From Octopus vulgaris (taxonomy: Eukaryota): a stretch of DNA of 64,000 nt. The stretch is taken from positions 29,698,001 through 29,762,000 of the forward strand of contig OX597834.1 in the NCBI GenBank assembly GCA_951406725.2, read 5' to 3'. Positions 12,772 through 25,689 of this stretch are shown one piece after another. Position numbers and translations under genes: made by a program. The first letter of the stretch is position 1. Each line of letters opens with the position of its first letter. Below the pieces are notes generated by a model. It was given only the letters and a program-made list of their open reading frames with translations. It made no database searches and was not told where the DNA came from.

Positions 12772-13363
12772 CTAGCAGTATCGCCCGGCGTTGCTCGGGT
12801 TTGTAAGGGAAATAACTATAAAGCTTTTTTAGAGAGTTATAGCCAAAAAATGGAAAAAAATGATGGTAAATTTTTTTTGAGAGTAAAAAAAGGTGGATTT
12901 GCGTCCCCTAGACAGTTTGCGAGAGTGAGGGATACGAGAAAACAGACACACAGTACGCACAGACAAACTGCCTAGAGAGGCAGTATTGGCGTTGCTTGGG
13001 TTTGTTTCGACCCTTTAGAATTGGAATTTTTGGAAAAGTAAAAATTTTGCATTATGTAGCTTGTTATTCTCTTTAAGTGAACATTTTTCTGGTTGAAATA
13101 CACTGAAAAATGGCGACACAGCAGTGAAAAAAGCGTAAAAAATAGGGATTTTCGTAGAAAAAAAGCATCTTTTGGATGTAAATAATTTTTGTTGTTAACA
13201 TGGTCTGATTTGGATTTTTTCTTCTACGTAAGGAAGAGAAAGCCTTCTTCAATCATACTCTCAATTTTGATCAACTTGCACTGCAGGGTCTCGGAGGAGA
13301 TAGTGTTAGTTGAAGGCTACCAAACCTGCCATACACAGACAACTTCAGCTTTATATATATATA
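12772..13363 (-). mobile_element. Non-autonomous Helitron inserted in (TA)n
   Basis: The minus-strand 3' end is the hairpin CCCGAGCAACGCCGGG (12799-12784), then CGATACTG and CTAG|T (12775-12772). The 5' end is TATATATATAAAGCTG-type. No TSD. Confidence 0.8.
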
Positions 13364-13445
13364 TTTGTATCTCCTTAAATGTTTATTATTTTTTGTATAC
13401 ATTTATATCTCCTTGTAGACACATATTTCTACAGATATAGTTAAT

Positions 13446-13857
13446 AGGCGCAGGAGTGGCTGTGTGGTAAGTAGCTTGCTAACCAACCACATGGTTCCGG
13501 GTTCAGTCCCACTGCGTGGCATCTTGGGCAAGTGTCTTCTGCTATAGCCCTGGGCCGACCAATGCCTTGTGAGTGGATTTGGTAGACGGAAACTGAAAGA
13601 AGCCTGTCGTATATATGTATATATATATATATATAAGTGTGTGTGTATATGTTTGAGTGTCTGTGTTTGTCTCCCTAGCATTGCTTGACAACCGATGCTG
13701 GTGTGTTTACGTCCCCGTCACTTAGCGGTTCGGCAAAAAGAGACCGATAGAATAAGTACTGGGCTTACAAAGAATAAGTCCCGGGGTCGATTTGCTCGAC
13801 TAAAGGTGGTGCTCCAGCATGGCCGCAGTCAAATGACTGAAACAAAGAGTAAGAGTA
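13446..13857 (+). mobile_element. SINE family A, full length (tRNA head, CORE-like segment, internal TA/TG microsatellite, CR1-type tail)
   Basis: A box TGGCTGTGTGG, B box GGTTCAGTCCC, CORE-like GGCATCTTGGGCAAGTGTCTT, and tail GGTGCTCCAGCATGGCCGCAGTCAAATGACTGAAAC(AAGAGT)n. More than 12 copies in the window. Confidence 0.92.
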
Positions 13858-14301
13858 ATCTATTTGCATTTATCTGGCTATATAGTACTGACATATTGTT
13901 GTGTGCATGCATTTGTCTATATATTATATATATAAAGAGCCAGACTAGAAATATATTTCAATAAATATCATATCCCAATGAATAATTTATAGAAGCAACT
14001 TTTTCATTGTAATCTTTTTAAATGTAACCCAATTATAAATTTCTTGAAAGATTACTTCTAACACCAACTCAGCTTTGATTCCTCTCTAAACGGTGCCTTG
14101 TGATAAATCATATTTGGTATTATCTGTAAACAGACTTTGATCAACTCTAAAATCATGCAAAACTTCCATATACACAAAGAATCTAGAACGGTCGCAAGAA
14201 ATACTTCAACCAACACAAAATGTGATCTGAAGAAGATACATCATCTTTTTACTTTTTCACTTACGCATCTGATTGAAGTCTTAAACATTAACAAATTTTC
14301 C

Positions 14302-14735
14302 GGATCTTTTCGGTTTGAACAGTAGTTTTTTTCTAGCAGTGTCATATGAAATTGTCACCCATAATTATGACCCTAGAATCGATCTATTGCATTTCAATCT
14401 CTTTTAGGGTTAGGGATAGTTAGGATTTGGGTTAGGGGTGGGGGAAGGGTATCTTTTTTTCTTCACAAATGTAAATAAACCCAATCTGTTTCTTAAACGA
14501 GGGACATATTCATACGGCACAGAATGTTTTTTACCTCGATAGACGTCACTGATTGGTTGAAATTGCAGAAATTGAAGAAAAAAAACCAACAAATATCTTA
14601 TAAACTATAGAATTTTCTCAATAAAGCCAAGAGAAAAATATGTTTTATAAACACATTCTACCAGTATACGAATTTTAAAATTTTTTAGTTACCTAGAAAT
14701 TATGTTAAAAACTGCCGTTCAAACCGAAAAGATCC
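14302..14735. mobile_element. MITE, Merlin/IS1016-like (GG termini, 8-bp TSD)
   Basis: TIRs GGATCTTTTCGGTTTGAAC.G.AGTTTTT / AAAAACTGCCGTTCAAACCGAAAAGATCC, with a perfect TSD AATTTTCC at 14294-14301 and 14736-14743. Confidence 0.85.
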
Positions 14736-15074
14736 AATTTTCCTTATGAAATCAGAAAAACTGTCTCCATTATCTCTCTCTCTCAACCTACCTCCTACAA
14801 ACATATACCTTCCTCCAACCCTTCTTCATTCACACTTTCTACACAACCACTTCCATTTGCCTAATTCTCATTCACATTACTCCACCTACTAGAAGAACAC
14901 CTTGGCAAAACAGGTATAAAAATCCAGTAAGCTATAGTCTGATGATAGTTGGTAAGTCAAAACTTCGAAGTCACTGTCAACATAATCCTTGTGAAAATTA
15001 ATGCATATGTACTCTTCTAAAAAGTATTGAGGAAATATGCTTTTAAATGCAATTTCACACAGAACTAACATTGG

Positions 15075-15114
<40 letters not shown>

Positions 15115-15172
15115 GTTAGTTTTGTGTGAAATTGTATTTGCAAAGCATATTTCATTTTAAACTTTGACCAAA

Positions 15173-15216
<44 letters not shown>

Positions 15217-15623
15217 TGTGTGTGTGTGTGTGTGTTTGTGTGTGTGAGTGTCTGTAATCTATTATGGAGAGAGAGAGACAAAGAGAAAGAAACAGATAGA
15301 CAGACAGAGAGACAGAGACAGACAGGCTTACTAGAATAAGCGGGTGAAATAGAACTCAATACATGGGTATATATATATACTTACTGCCTTTAATTGGCAG
15401 AAAGTTTTGATAAGTGCCATTCATGAAACTTAACCTTTGACTCACTTTTGCAACTTTCTGCTGATTAAAAATCAAAATATATGTCACATATATACGCATG
15501 TATATGCATGTCTGTATACATTTGTATATGCATGCATATATATATATACATATTATGTGCATATATATATATGCATGTATATATTTTTATATATACACAC
15601 ATATATATATACCTATATATATG

Positions 15624-15656
<33 letters not shown>

Positions 15657-15801
15657 CCATATATATACACACATATATATACATATATATATATACACAT
15701 ATATATACATATACATATATACATATATCTATATATATATCTATCTATATATAAATATACATCTATATATCTATATATATATAAATATACATCTATATAT
15801 C

Positions 15802-15855
<54 letters not shown>

Positions 15856-15936
15856 CACATACACAACATATATATATATATAAATAATATATATATATAT
15901 ATATATATAAAAAATATATAATCTCTCTCTCTCTCT

Positions 15937-15988
<52 letters not shown>

Positions 15989-16454
15989 TATATATACATA
16001 TATACATCTACGTATGGGAGTATGTTTATTCTCATTCATTTCAAGTCTACATTCATCAGCTGCCAAATCATCGTCTGAAGACATTGCGGATGAGAAGATA
16101 TGGGTGCCATGTAACAGATTATACACGTTCGGGAAACATACAGACAAAGCAAAATAAAATAGAAAAACAATGAACATCAATGATAATGTTGATTATTTCA
16201 AATTTCGGCACAACACCAGCAGTTTTCGGTGGAATGGGTAAGTTCAGTTATTTTGCTAAAGGAAAACACTAATTTTTTACCCTGCAAAGTCGTTAAAATG
16301 TGAAATGAGAAAATCTTATAATGTCAAATTTCAAGACATGTGAAAAGATGATGTGAATGAAGTTCAGCAGATGGAAATTGTGTGGAAGCCTGCTGTGTGT
16401 GCATGGGGTGGGGGTGTCTATGCACATACGTGTTTGTCTCTACATGCATTTACC

Positions 16455-16880
16455 TACTCTTTACTCTCTTTACTCTTTTACTTGTTTCGGTCATTTTGAC
16501 TGCGGCCATGCTGGAGCACCGCCTTTAATCAAGCAACTCGACCCCGGGACTTATTCTATGTAAGCCCAGTACTTATTCTATCGGTCTCTTTTTGCTGAAC
16601 CGCTAAGTGACGGGGACATAAACACACCAGCATTGGTTGTCAAGCAATGCTAGGGGGACAAACACAGACACACAAACATACATGCACACATATATATATA
16701 TACATATATATGATGGGCTTCTTTCAGTTTCCATCTACCAAATCCACTCACAAGGCTTTGGTCGGCCCGAGGCTATAGTAGAAGACACTCGCCCAAGGTG
16801 CCATGCAGTGGGACTGAACCTGGAACCATGTAGTTGGTAAACAAGCTACTTACCCAGGTACACAACATGCTTCCTGCGTA
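16455..16880 (-). mobile_element. SINE family A, near full length
   Basis: The reverse complement is colinear with 13446-13857. Confidence 0.9.
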
Positions 16881-16898
16881 TACACACACATATATATG

Positions 16899-16934
<36 letters not shown>

Positions 16935-17933
16935 AATGGGTTTCTTTCAATTAGAGTATCTTATTTTAGTTTAACTGAAAATAAAATTTGGTGCCAAGAA
17001 GAGCACCAGTAAGTTTTGCCAACCTATCTGGCCTCTCTGCCCCACCCATTCCTACTCACGTCATACTTTGAAGGTTCACTCAAACACTTCATCAACATTA
17101 TTCCACCTCCATCCGATCGCTTCCAGCCTCTCTTCTAAAATATATGGATTCGTGTAACTCCTCTCCTGCTAGAAACCTGTCCTGCTCTACCCCTTTTTCC
17201 CCTCTCATACTTTACTCCTCTTTATTCCTCATTTCTGATCGTAAAGTTGCCTCCCTCAGGGTTCATAGTCTTGCAAGCTGTATGGTGAACCCACAAGTGC
17301 TGGTGGCACAAAAATGAAAAAAAAAAAAAAAAATAGCACCCAGTAAATGCTGCATAAAAAGGGCATCCATTGGAGTGTGATGCAGGTCTTTAACCCTTCA
17401 GATTGTGTCAATTGATGGTGTGTGTGTGTGTGTGTGCGCGCGCATGTGTGTGTGTGTGCGCGCATGTGTGTGTGTGCGCGTACGTGCGTGTGTGACCTCT
17501 GTGTGCATGCACATGTCCTTCTGTGTGTGTGTGTGTGTGTATGTTGTCAGAATGCTTAACAAATTCAGTTTACAATTATGAGATTCTTCAGTTTGATTTC
17601 GTGACTTAGAATTTTGGCCAAGCTTTGAATTGACTCATGACTTGTGGAATGAAACTGAATTCTACCCCAATGGAATCCCTTTCTATGGGTTGTATCTGTC
17701 CCTGTAATTTAAATTTCCAACCAGTGTCCCTTTCTCACTGCCAGAGAATTACTTCCATCAAACACACCTCAGTGGAATACTCAACCACTTGCATCTCTAA
17801 TTCATGGGCAGGTAATTCTGTTGATCAAATACCTGAGTTGATCAAACACCTAAGTAATCATCATCAAAACCAACAGTGATCCATCTTATATATGTGTCTC
17901 CAGGTGTTTGTTTGTATGCGTATGTGCACATGT

Positions 17934-18357
17934 AGGCGCAGGAGTGGCAGTGTGGTAAGTAGCTTGTTAACCAACCATGTGGTTCTGGGTTCAGTCCCAC
18001 GGCGTGGCATCTTGGGCAAGTGTCTTCTGCTATAGACCCGGGCTGACCAAAGCCTTGAGAGTGGAGTAGACGGAAACTGAAAGAAGCCTGTCGTATATAT
18101 GTATATATATATATATATGTATGTATGTGTGTGTGTGTTTGTGTGTCTGTGTTTGTCCCCCTAGCATTGCTTGACAACCGATGCTGGTGTGTTTACGTCC
18201 CTGTCACTTAGCAGTTCGGCAAAAGAGACCAATAGAATAAGTACTAGGCTTACAAAGAATAAGTCCTGGGGTCGATTTGCTCGACTAAAGGCGGTGCTCC
18301 AGCATGGCCGCAGTTAAATGACTGAAACAAGTAAAAGAGTAAAGAGTAAAGAGAGTA
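17934..18357 (+). mobile_element. SINE family A, full length
   Basis: Colinear with 13446-13857. Confidence 0.92.
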
Positions 18358-19119
18358 TGTATCTGTCTTCATGTGTGTGTGTGTGTGCATGTGCATGTTT
18401 TTATGAATATGGGTACATATATATGCATGCACATTTAAATGTATGTGTGTGTGTGTGTGTGCATGTGTGTGTGTGTATGTGTGTGTGTGTCTATGTGTTT
18501 ATGATGAGACAGAGGAAGAGATACACACACGGAGCTCTGTATAGATATACCTGCATACATAACAATAAAATGTGTGTTTCTATTAATGTTTGAAGGAATG
18601 TCTATGCATCTTGATACACATGGGTTTGGATGTATATAGCTTATATATATATGTGTGTGTGTGTGTATTTGTAGATATATATACACACACATATATATAT
18701 GAATTGCTAATCAAGAAAGTCGATATGTAGAATGTCAATATATTGTGAGAATTCACACATCAAAGTTATTGTCTCTCTTCGTTACGTTTCTCCAAAATTT
18801 CTGTGATAATTAACGATCTCACAAAAAGCTAAAAAAAAAACCATCTGCTGCATTAAAACGAAAACTTTGTAATGTTACGCGGGTAAGTGACAGGGGTGGT
18901 ACAGGTAACGGTAAAGGTAATGGTGTTGGTGGCAGTGATGGTGGTGATGATGATGTTTATGTTGATAACCAGATATATATTATAATGATTAAGATATTAA
19001 GGAACCGTGATGGTGATGGTGATGGTGATGATGATCATGTTGATGATAAAATTAATTAACACAAACCAAATATCTTCTTCCATTTGTAAAATATTTTGTC
19101 AATGTACTGACGATAATGT

Positions 19120-19154
<35 letters not shown>

Positions 19155-19333
19155 GCAATGTAGGTTTTGTAGAAGCTGTTTATTAACACAACTACAAAAC
19201 AACCTTCACTTGTAACTTTTCAACTTTAACACACACAACACTATCACACACATATCTATCCAAACACACACACACACTAAGATATTTGCAGAGACACTCA
19301 CTTATACACACATTTAGACATATATATGAATGA

Positions 19334-19420
19334 GTTTTAATATGTTTATGACTACACACACACACATATATATATATATACATACATACACACACACAAA
19401 CACACACACACACACAGACG

Positions 19421-19455
<35 letters not shown>

Positions 19456-19558
19456 AGTCATAAACATATTAAAACACACACATATATATATATATATACA
19501 CACATACACTCACACACATATATATATATGTGTGTGTGTGTGTAGTCATAAACATATT

Positions 19559-19570
<12 letters not shown>
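19334..19570. repeat. Short cassette present once inverted and twice in tandem between CA/TG tracts
   Basis: GTTTTAATATGTTTATGACT (19334) is the reverse complement of AGTCATAAACATATTAAAAC (19456 and 19544). Confidence 0.8.
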
Positions 19571-19607
<37 letters not shown>

Positions 19608-20277
19608 CTTTGGATAATAATGCTAAAATATACACAAACATAGATGAATGTGTACATGTTTGTATGTGTGTATGTGTGTATGTGTGTCAATAGCAGCATA
19701 TCATTGTCAGTTGTTCAGCTATAGATCTTTCTTCCCCATATATGAAATCACATGGACACACATATGTGTCGGTGGATGTGAATGTAGGTTTGTATGTACA
19801 CATTATTTTCTAATAAGTAACTGAAGGCATGTAAAGAATCTTTCCATGTTAAACACAGATGTTTCCAAGTAAAAAGAGTTGGAAAAAAAAAAAGTTTGCA
19901 ACAAATGCAAAATATAAATGTGCATACATACATAAACTAATATCCACTTATATACACTCACATGCACGACTAGGAGAAGAATTGAATCTTGTACGCAACA
20001 GATTTTTCTGAAAATGTCTTTGATATAGAGAGTGTATTTGCTTTATTCAAAAATGATAAATCAAAGTTGGTTAATCATGTGACATGAGATGAATTTGATG
20101 AAAGCAAGTAAAAATCATAAAAACCTCTCTCTCTCTCTCTCTCTTGCTCTCTCTCTCGCTTTCTCTCTCTCTCTCTCTCATGTTTTTCCTCTCCCATTAA
20201 TGCCATTGCTAACCAATTAATGGGTTTCATTTGAATGTGTTTGTATATTTATCAGTTGATGTTTATTTTTTTATCGT

Positions 20278-21080
20278 ATATTTGTTTCAGCCATTGGACT
20301 GTGGCCATGCTGGGGCACCAACCCGAAGAGGCTTGATCAAATAAATCAACCCCGGTATTTATTTTTTTGTGCTTAAGCCTGGTTGATCTCTCATGCCAAA
20401 TCACTTAATTATGGGGATGTAATCAAACCAACACCAGTTGTCAAGCAGTGGTGATGGACTAAGGTACACACACAAACACAATGGGCTTCTTTCAGGTTCT
20501 TTCTACCCATTCCACATACAAAGCTTTAGTCAACCTGAAGTTATAGTAGAAGACACATGCCTAAGGTACCACACAGTGGGAATGAAAGCAAAACCATGTG
20601 TTTGGGAAGCAAGCACCTAAAGTCCAACCCCACCTCAAAGCGGTAGGGTAGTGTAAACGAGCAGTGTCAGAGCTATGCTGAGCGGTATTAGGGCTGCAGC
20701 CTGGCCAACAAGGCTCTGGTGAAAATTCCAAGAGGCTTCTGATCGGCAACCGGTGGCTTTGAGGTTGTTCTTTTCCTGCGTCTGTGGAGACTCCGCAGCA
20801 AACAGGGCATCCCATCACTCGGGATATGCATGCTGGATGTTGGGGACTGCTTGTGAATTCAATATTCCCACGAAACTTCTTCTATGAATCCTATGGAACC
20901 GCGAATGGCTCGCTATCTCCAGTGACCTCACACAGGACCTTGGAGCATGGGCCACCATGGTTCGTGGTGCCATCAGGACCAGAGAAGAAGCCGGCTCAAC
21001 CCGCCCTGGGTGAACGCCGTCACAAGAACAAGAAAAGCAAGAAGCAAGCACCTAATCCCACAGCCATACCTGCACCTATA
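20278..21080 (-). mobile_element. Old SINE family A copy split by a 420-bp RTE-type insertion
   Basis: Tail and body at 20278-20620; the rest of the head resumes at 21056-21080 (CCCACAGCCATACCTGCACCTAT). Confidence 0.75.
20621..21040 (+). mobile_element. Non-autonomous or truncated RTE-clade retroelement with 15-bp TSD
   Basis: TSD GAAGCAAGCACCTAA at 20606-20620 and 21041-21055. 20891-21013 translates LWNREWLAISSDLTQDLGAWATMVRGAIRTREEAGSTRPG*, matching the RTE C-terminal W..DLAQDR..W pattern. (CAAGAA)n tail. Confidence 0.8.
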
Positions 21081-21594
21081 TATACATACAAGAAAATAAT
21101 AATAAAATTAAATGAACTTTAAAGAAATAACTCCAGGGAGTCAATGGCAATAAACATATAAACAAGTTTAGTTGTCCGATCATGCCTTTCAACTCTTCAG
21201 TTCTTTTCTCTCCACTTTTAACTTTCTCATCTCTTCTCCATTATGAACATTATGTCCCTGTACACTGGCACACCCTACAATGACAGTTTTCTGGCCCTCT
21301 GTTAGTTCCTTAGTCCCCGTACCATCTTCCAACACAGAACATGCACCCTTCTCCACATAGCTGAAGTATTTATCACCTTGATCTTCTCTTTCGCTGATCT
21401 GCTCTTCCTATGAGCAATGCCAAGTTGATGGTGGACAAAGAAGTGGAAAGAAACAAAGATGAAGGAAAACACAGACAGATGTTGCCAAAGTTTATCTCAG
21501 GAAGTTCATTCTCACAAAGGAGCTGGCAAAAAATTGTAAGAAATGGCATGACACTATACTGGAGAAGACCAATCTAACTCGTGTGCATGCACAC

Positions 21595-21750
21595 ACACAC
21601 ACACACACACACATGTATACAGACATATGCATGACTGACTTTTCCCAGTTTCCATCGACCAAATCCAGGCACAAGGCTTTCATCAACTCAGGGCTATAGT
21701 AGAAGACACTTGCCCAACATGCCACACAGTGGCACTGAACTCAAGACCAC
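21595..21750 (-). mobile_element. SINE family A 5' fragment, head-to-head with the next copy
   Basis: CAGTTTCCATCGACCAAATCCAGGCACAAGGCTTT...GAAGACACTTGCCCAACATGCCACACAGTGG. Confidence 0.75.
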
Positions 21751-21768
21751 AAAGTAGGACCACAATAT

Positions 21769-22167
21769 AGGCACAGGAGTGGCTGTGTGGTAAGTAGTTT
21801 GCTTACCAACCACATGGTTCCGGGTTCAGTCCCACTGTATGGCATCTTGGGCAAGTGTCTTCTACTATTGCCTCGGTCCGGCCAAAGCCTTGTGAGTGGA
21901 TTTGGTAGACGGAAACTCAAAGAAGCCCGTCGTATATATGTATATATATATATGTGTGTGTGTGTATGTTTGTGTGTCTGTGTTTGTACCCCTAGCATTG
22001 CTTGACAACCGATGCTGGTGTGTTTACGTCCCCGTCACCTAGCAGTTCAGCAAAGAGACCGATAGAATAAATACTGGGCTCACAAAGAATAAGTCCCGGG
22101 TTCGATTTGCTCCAGCATGGCTGCAGTCAAATGACTGAAACAAGTAAAAGAGTAAAAGAGTAAAGTA
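21769..22167 (+). mobile_element. SINE family A, full length (small deletion in the tail)
   Basis: Colinear with 13446-13857. Confidence 0.92.
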
Positions 22168-22992
22168 ACAAAGCAAGCATTTTGAACCCAACATCCATGT
22201 TTACACTCATCTTTCATTCTTTTCCTTTTTCCTGAAGTGACATTATTATTATTATAATTTCAAGGTGCTTTGGCTATTATTTCTAGCTGGTCAAGCCATT
22301 ATTTTTCGAGGTCTCTTTATTGGTTTGGATACGCTTGATTAAACTGCATGCATTATTGTTTTGCTTTTATAATCCAGTTTATTGAATTAATCTCATATTG
22401 CTGCATCCCATTTCTATAGTAATAAATTGTTACATACGGTAGATGGATAATGCAAATCCAATTTATAGCATAATTTTATTAGCTCATCATGTGTTATTTG
22501 AAATAGATTAAAAATAATTGTCTGATGTTTCAGCATTTTAAGCAATTAGGAAATTTTTGTTCAAGTTCCTTTATTTCTCGTGCTTTTTTTTGTTTGTTTT
22601 TTCAAAGAAAAAATGCTATTCTGCTCTAAATTTTAAAAAAATATATTTCGTTTTTGAATTGAACATGCAATTCTGAGGGATTCTTACATATACACACATA
22701 AACATGCACACACACACTCTCTCTCACACACACATGCATGCACACATTCATTTATATATGTGTGTGTATACACACATATACATATACACACATATGCATA
22801 TGTGTATATACACACATATACATATACACACATATGCATATATATGAATACTTATGTGTTTATATAATGTTTATATATACATACATTCATGCATGATTGA
22901 ATATTTTTTCTTGTAATATGTGTGTGTGTGTGTGTGTGTGTATACTTGTATTACATTCAAGTACACACCAGTATAAACACATTCACACGTGC

Positions 22993-23472
22993 ATAGGGCA
23001 CAGACATGGCTGTATGGTTTAGAAATTTGCTTCCCAATCACATGATTACGGGTTCCATCCCAATACATGGCACCCTGGACAAGCATCTTCCTGCATAGTC
23101 CCAGGCTAACCAAAGCCTTGTGAGTGGAATTTCGTAAAGAGAAAACAAAAGAAGTCCATCATGTACGTGTGTGTGTGTGTGTGTGTTTGTGTCTCCCTAT
23201 TTTGACATCATTCGATAGTCGTAAGGAAGTGTTACCTTCATACAAGCAGCATCATTCAAATTCTAGTCTTCTGTGAAACATATCCGAACTTGGGGAAATA
23301 TTATCTTTCCTGGAAACAGGTGAAGGTTGATGACAGAAAGAACATCCTACCACAGAAAATCTGCCACAACGGACTCCATCTGACTCTTGCAAACATGAAA
23401 ATTAGATGTTGGTGTCATTGTTGTTGCTGCTGCTACTACTACTACTGTTACTGTTATGATGATGATGATGAT
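22993..23472 (+). mobile_element. Chimeric SINE: family A head/CORE joined to an RTE-type body and (GAT)n tail
   Basis: The head matches family A up to the TG microsatellite, then GGAAACAGGTGAAGGTTGATGACAGAAAGAACATCC...GCAAACATGAAAATTAGATGTT, as in family D. Confidence 0.6.
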
Positions 23473-23819
23473 ATATTATTCAAGAAGTCTGCTTCACACT
23501 CACATGGTTTCAGGTTCAGTCCCACTGCGAAGCACCTTAAACAACTGTTTTGTACAATAGCCACAAGCTGACCAAAGTTCTGTGCACATATTTGGAAGAT
23601 GGAAACTGAAAGAATCCCAACATGTGTGTCTGTGAGTCAGGTCACTCTTGTGTGCTACTGGTAACATATACACCTTGTTGCATGGTCAGGCTGTCAGTAG
23701 ACTATGCTGGCAACCCTGCTTAGTGACTAGGTTGGTTTTTGGACCCTGTGGGATGAAAAGCAAAACCTGTCAAATGGTGTATGAACTCTGGAGAGCCAAT
23801 GCTCATCAAATTACATGAT

Positions 23820-24002
23820 ATATCATCATCATCATTTAACATTCATAGTCACTGCTGGTATGGAGTGGACATTTTGACCAGAGCCAATGGGGCTGCACCA
23901 GGTTCCAGTCTGTTTCAGCATCGTTTCTATGACTGGATGCCCTTCCTAATGCCAACCCCTCTACAGAGTGTGCTGGGTGCTTTTACATGGCACTGGCACA
24001 GG
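23820..24002 (-). mobile_element. SINE family D 3' portion
   Basis: TTTCTATGACTGGATGCCCTTCCTAATGCCAACC...GGGTGCTTTTACATGGCACTGGCAC is the reverse complement of the 58800-58995-type sequence. Confidence 0.75.
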
Positions 24003-24039
24003 ACTCTTGCGGGTCAATCTTCACACCACTGGACGGACC

Positions 24040-24365
24040 AGTCTTAACACTTCTGCTGCAAAGTATGGCTCTTCTTGAGTACAGTAAGGTGCAGGCATCT
24101 CGGTCCTTTGTCATCTCACCTGAAAGGTTCAGCATCCTGAGGGCATTCTTCAACACTTCATCCCATGTCTTCCTGGGTCTCCCACTTCCAAGTGCTCCAT
24201 TTATTTTGGAGCTGTCAACATCTATCCACATGACATGACCGAACCAGCACAGTCTTCTCTCTTGCACACAACATCTAATTCCTCTTATGCCTAACGTTCT
24301 CTCAAAGCACCAGCACTCTGTCAAACATGTACACATACATTACACATCCAGCGAGGCATACTAGT
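24040..24365 (-). pseudogene. RTE-clade LINE ORF2 C-terminal relic
   Basis: Translates LGIRGIRCCVQERRLCWFGHVMWID...GSGRPRKTWDEVLKNALRMLNLSGEMTKDRDA, matching the RTE motifs RRLRWFGHV and GRPRKTW...DR..W. Confidence 0.85.
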
Positions 24366-24729
24366 CTCATATGTACTTAATCACAAGGGATTTCTATTTT
24401 GGTTCCCTGGTGTGCATCTAGTCTACTAGGGAAGGTTGACCTCTAAGCTGTGGTGATGGCAGCTAATGCAGAGGATGGAGAATTCCAATAGAAAATCCTG
24501 AGCTATGGTTTTCATTGAGTTTCTAATAAACATTTACACCAAGTTTATGCCGTCAGGATTTCCAAGAAAATATAGCTGCTCTTACACACAAACCTTCATC
24601 ACTGGAAACAAATTATCTTTGTGGATAGTCTAAGAGCTGTGATATTGGCTGTTAGACCCTCATATATTGAAGCTACACACACACACACACACACACATTG
24701 TTACTCTTCACACACATACATATATATAT

Positions 24730-24937
24730 AAAGTTAATCCAAACATGAAAACACAAAGAGAAAACACAACAATGCGAGGACGTGGAACAAATATAGTATT
24801 ATTGGATGCTCAGGAAGGAAGGGAAAAGGAGGGTTTTACGTTTCGAGCGGAGCTCTTCGTCAGAAACATAGGAAAAGGAAAGATCCAGAGAAGGGAAGAT
24901 GGAGGAAAAAAATTGACAACAGTACACACGCTGTCAC

Positions 24938-24938
<1 letters not shown>
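24730..24938 (-). mobile_element. Penelope-like (PLE) ~200-bp fragment carrying a hammerhead motif, embedded in (TA)n; copy 1
   Basis: Homologous to 26643-26845 and more distantly to 29741-29945; flanked on both sides by TA repeats. Confidence 0.7.
24833..24867 (-). ncRNA. Minimal type I hammerhead ribozyme (intact core)
   Basis: GUUU CUGACGA A GAGC-UCC-GCUC GAAA C G UA^ AAAC: stem I GUUU/AAAC, stem II GAGC/GCUC, palindromic ACGU stem III, GUA cleavage triplet. Confidence 0.8.
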
Positions 24939-24974
<36 letters not shown>

Positions 24975-25689
24975 TTCACGCATATATATTCTTAACGTTT
25001 CAAGTCAACATTACATATGGGGAAGATTCTTTGATTAGCCACCCATATACTAGACAGGACAAAGTTGAATAGAGTTGATTGGTCAGAGCTACTTAACTAC
25101 AACAACAACAACAACATCTCCTTCTTGTACTCAATGAGACAGCTTCTTTCATTTCAGCACTGGAGAATATTTTACAATACTTTGCCTTATTAATTGACAT
25201 AAAAAGAACCATAACACAAATCAGAAACCTAATTCCTTTACCAGACAAAGATTAATCCATCCCTACCTACAACAAGCATAACTGGAGATTCTTGAGTAGC
25301 CAGGGGGTTGGATGAGAAAGAAAGAAAATAATAAAGAGAGAGAGAGAGACAGAGAGACAGAGACAGAGAGAGAGAGACAGAGAGACTGTGACAGACAGAT
25401 AGATAGATAGACAGGGAATCGGACTGGTAGGCAGGCTGCTTGGAGATCCTGCATAATGTCTGTGAAAATTTATAACTTAGCTGAGTTATATTACCATGGT
25501 GCAAAAATGTTTATGGAGCTCCCCAACAGAACAGGGGATGACATATGCAGACAGATTTATAACAACATAAAGTGAGATGGTTGCATTACCATATAAGGAA
25601 ATGGGTGCTGCCATCATGAAATCTTTCTTGGCAGAAATACCATTGCAATTGGAGATTGATATATCGTTATGAATTGAAATGCTTAAACC

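Noticed and set aside
13446-13520. tRNA gene (A and B boxes)
   Set aside because: This is a tRNA-derived SINE head with no complete cloverleaf, and it continues into the SINE body in every copy.
13403-13964. Recurring ORFs such as 'RQASFSFRLPNPLTRHWSA' and 'MSSNARGTNTDTQ' as a gene family
   Set aside because: They are translations of SINE family A copies.
14403-14449. True telomere or chromosome fusion scar
   Set aside because: Only a few degenerate TTAGGG units, located inside a TIR/TSD-bounded MITE.
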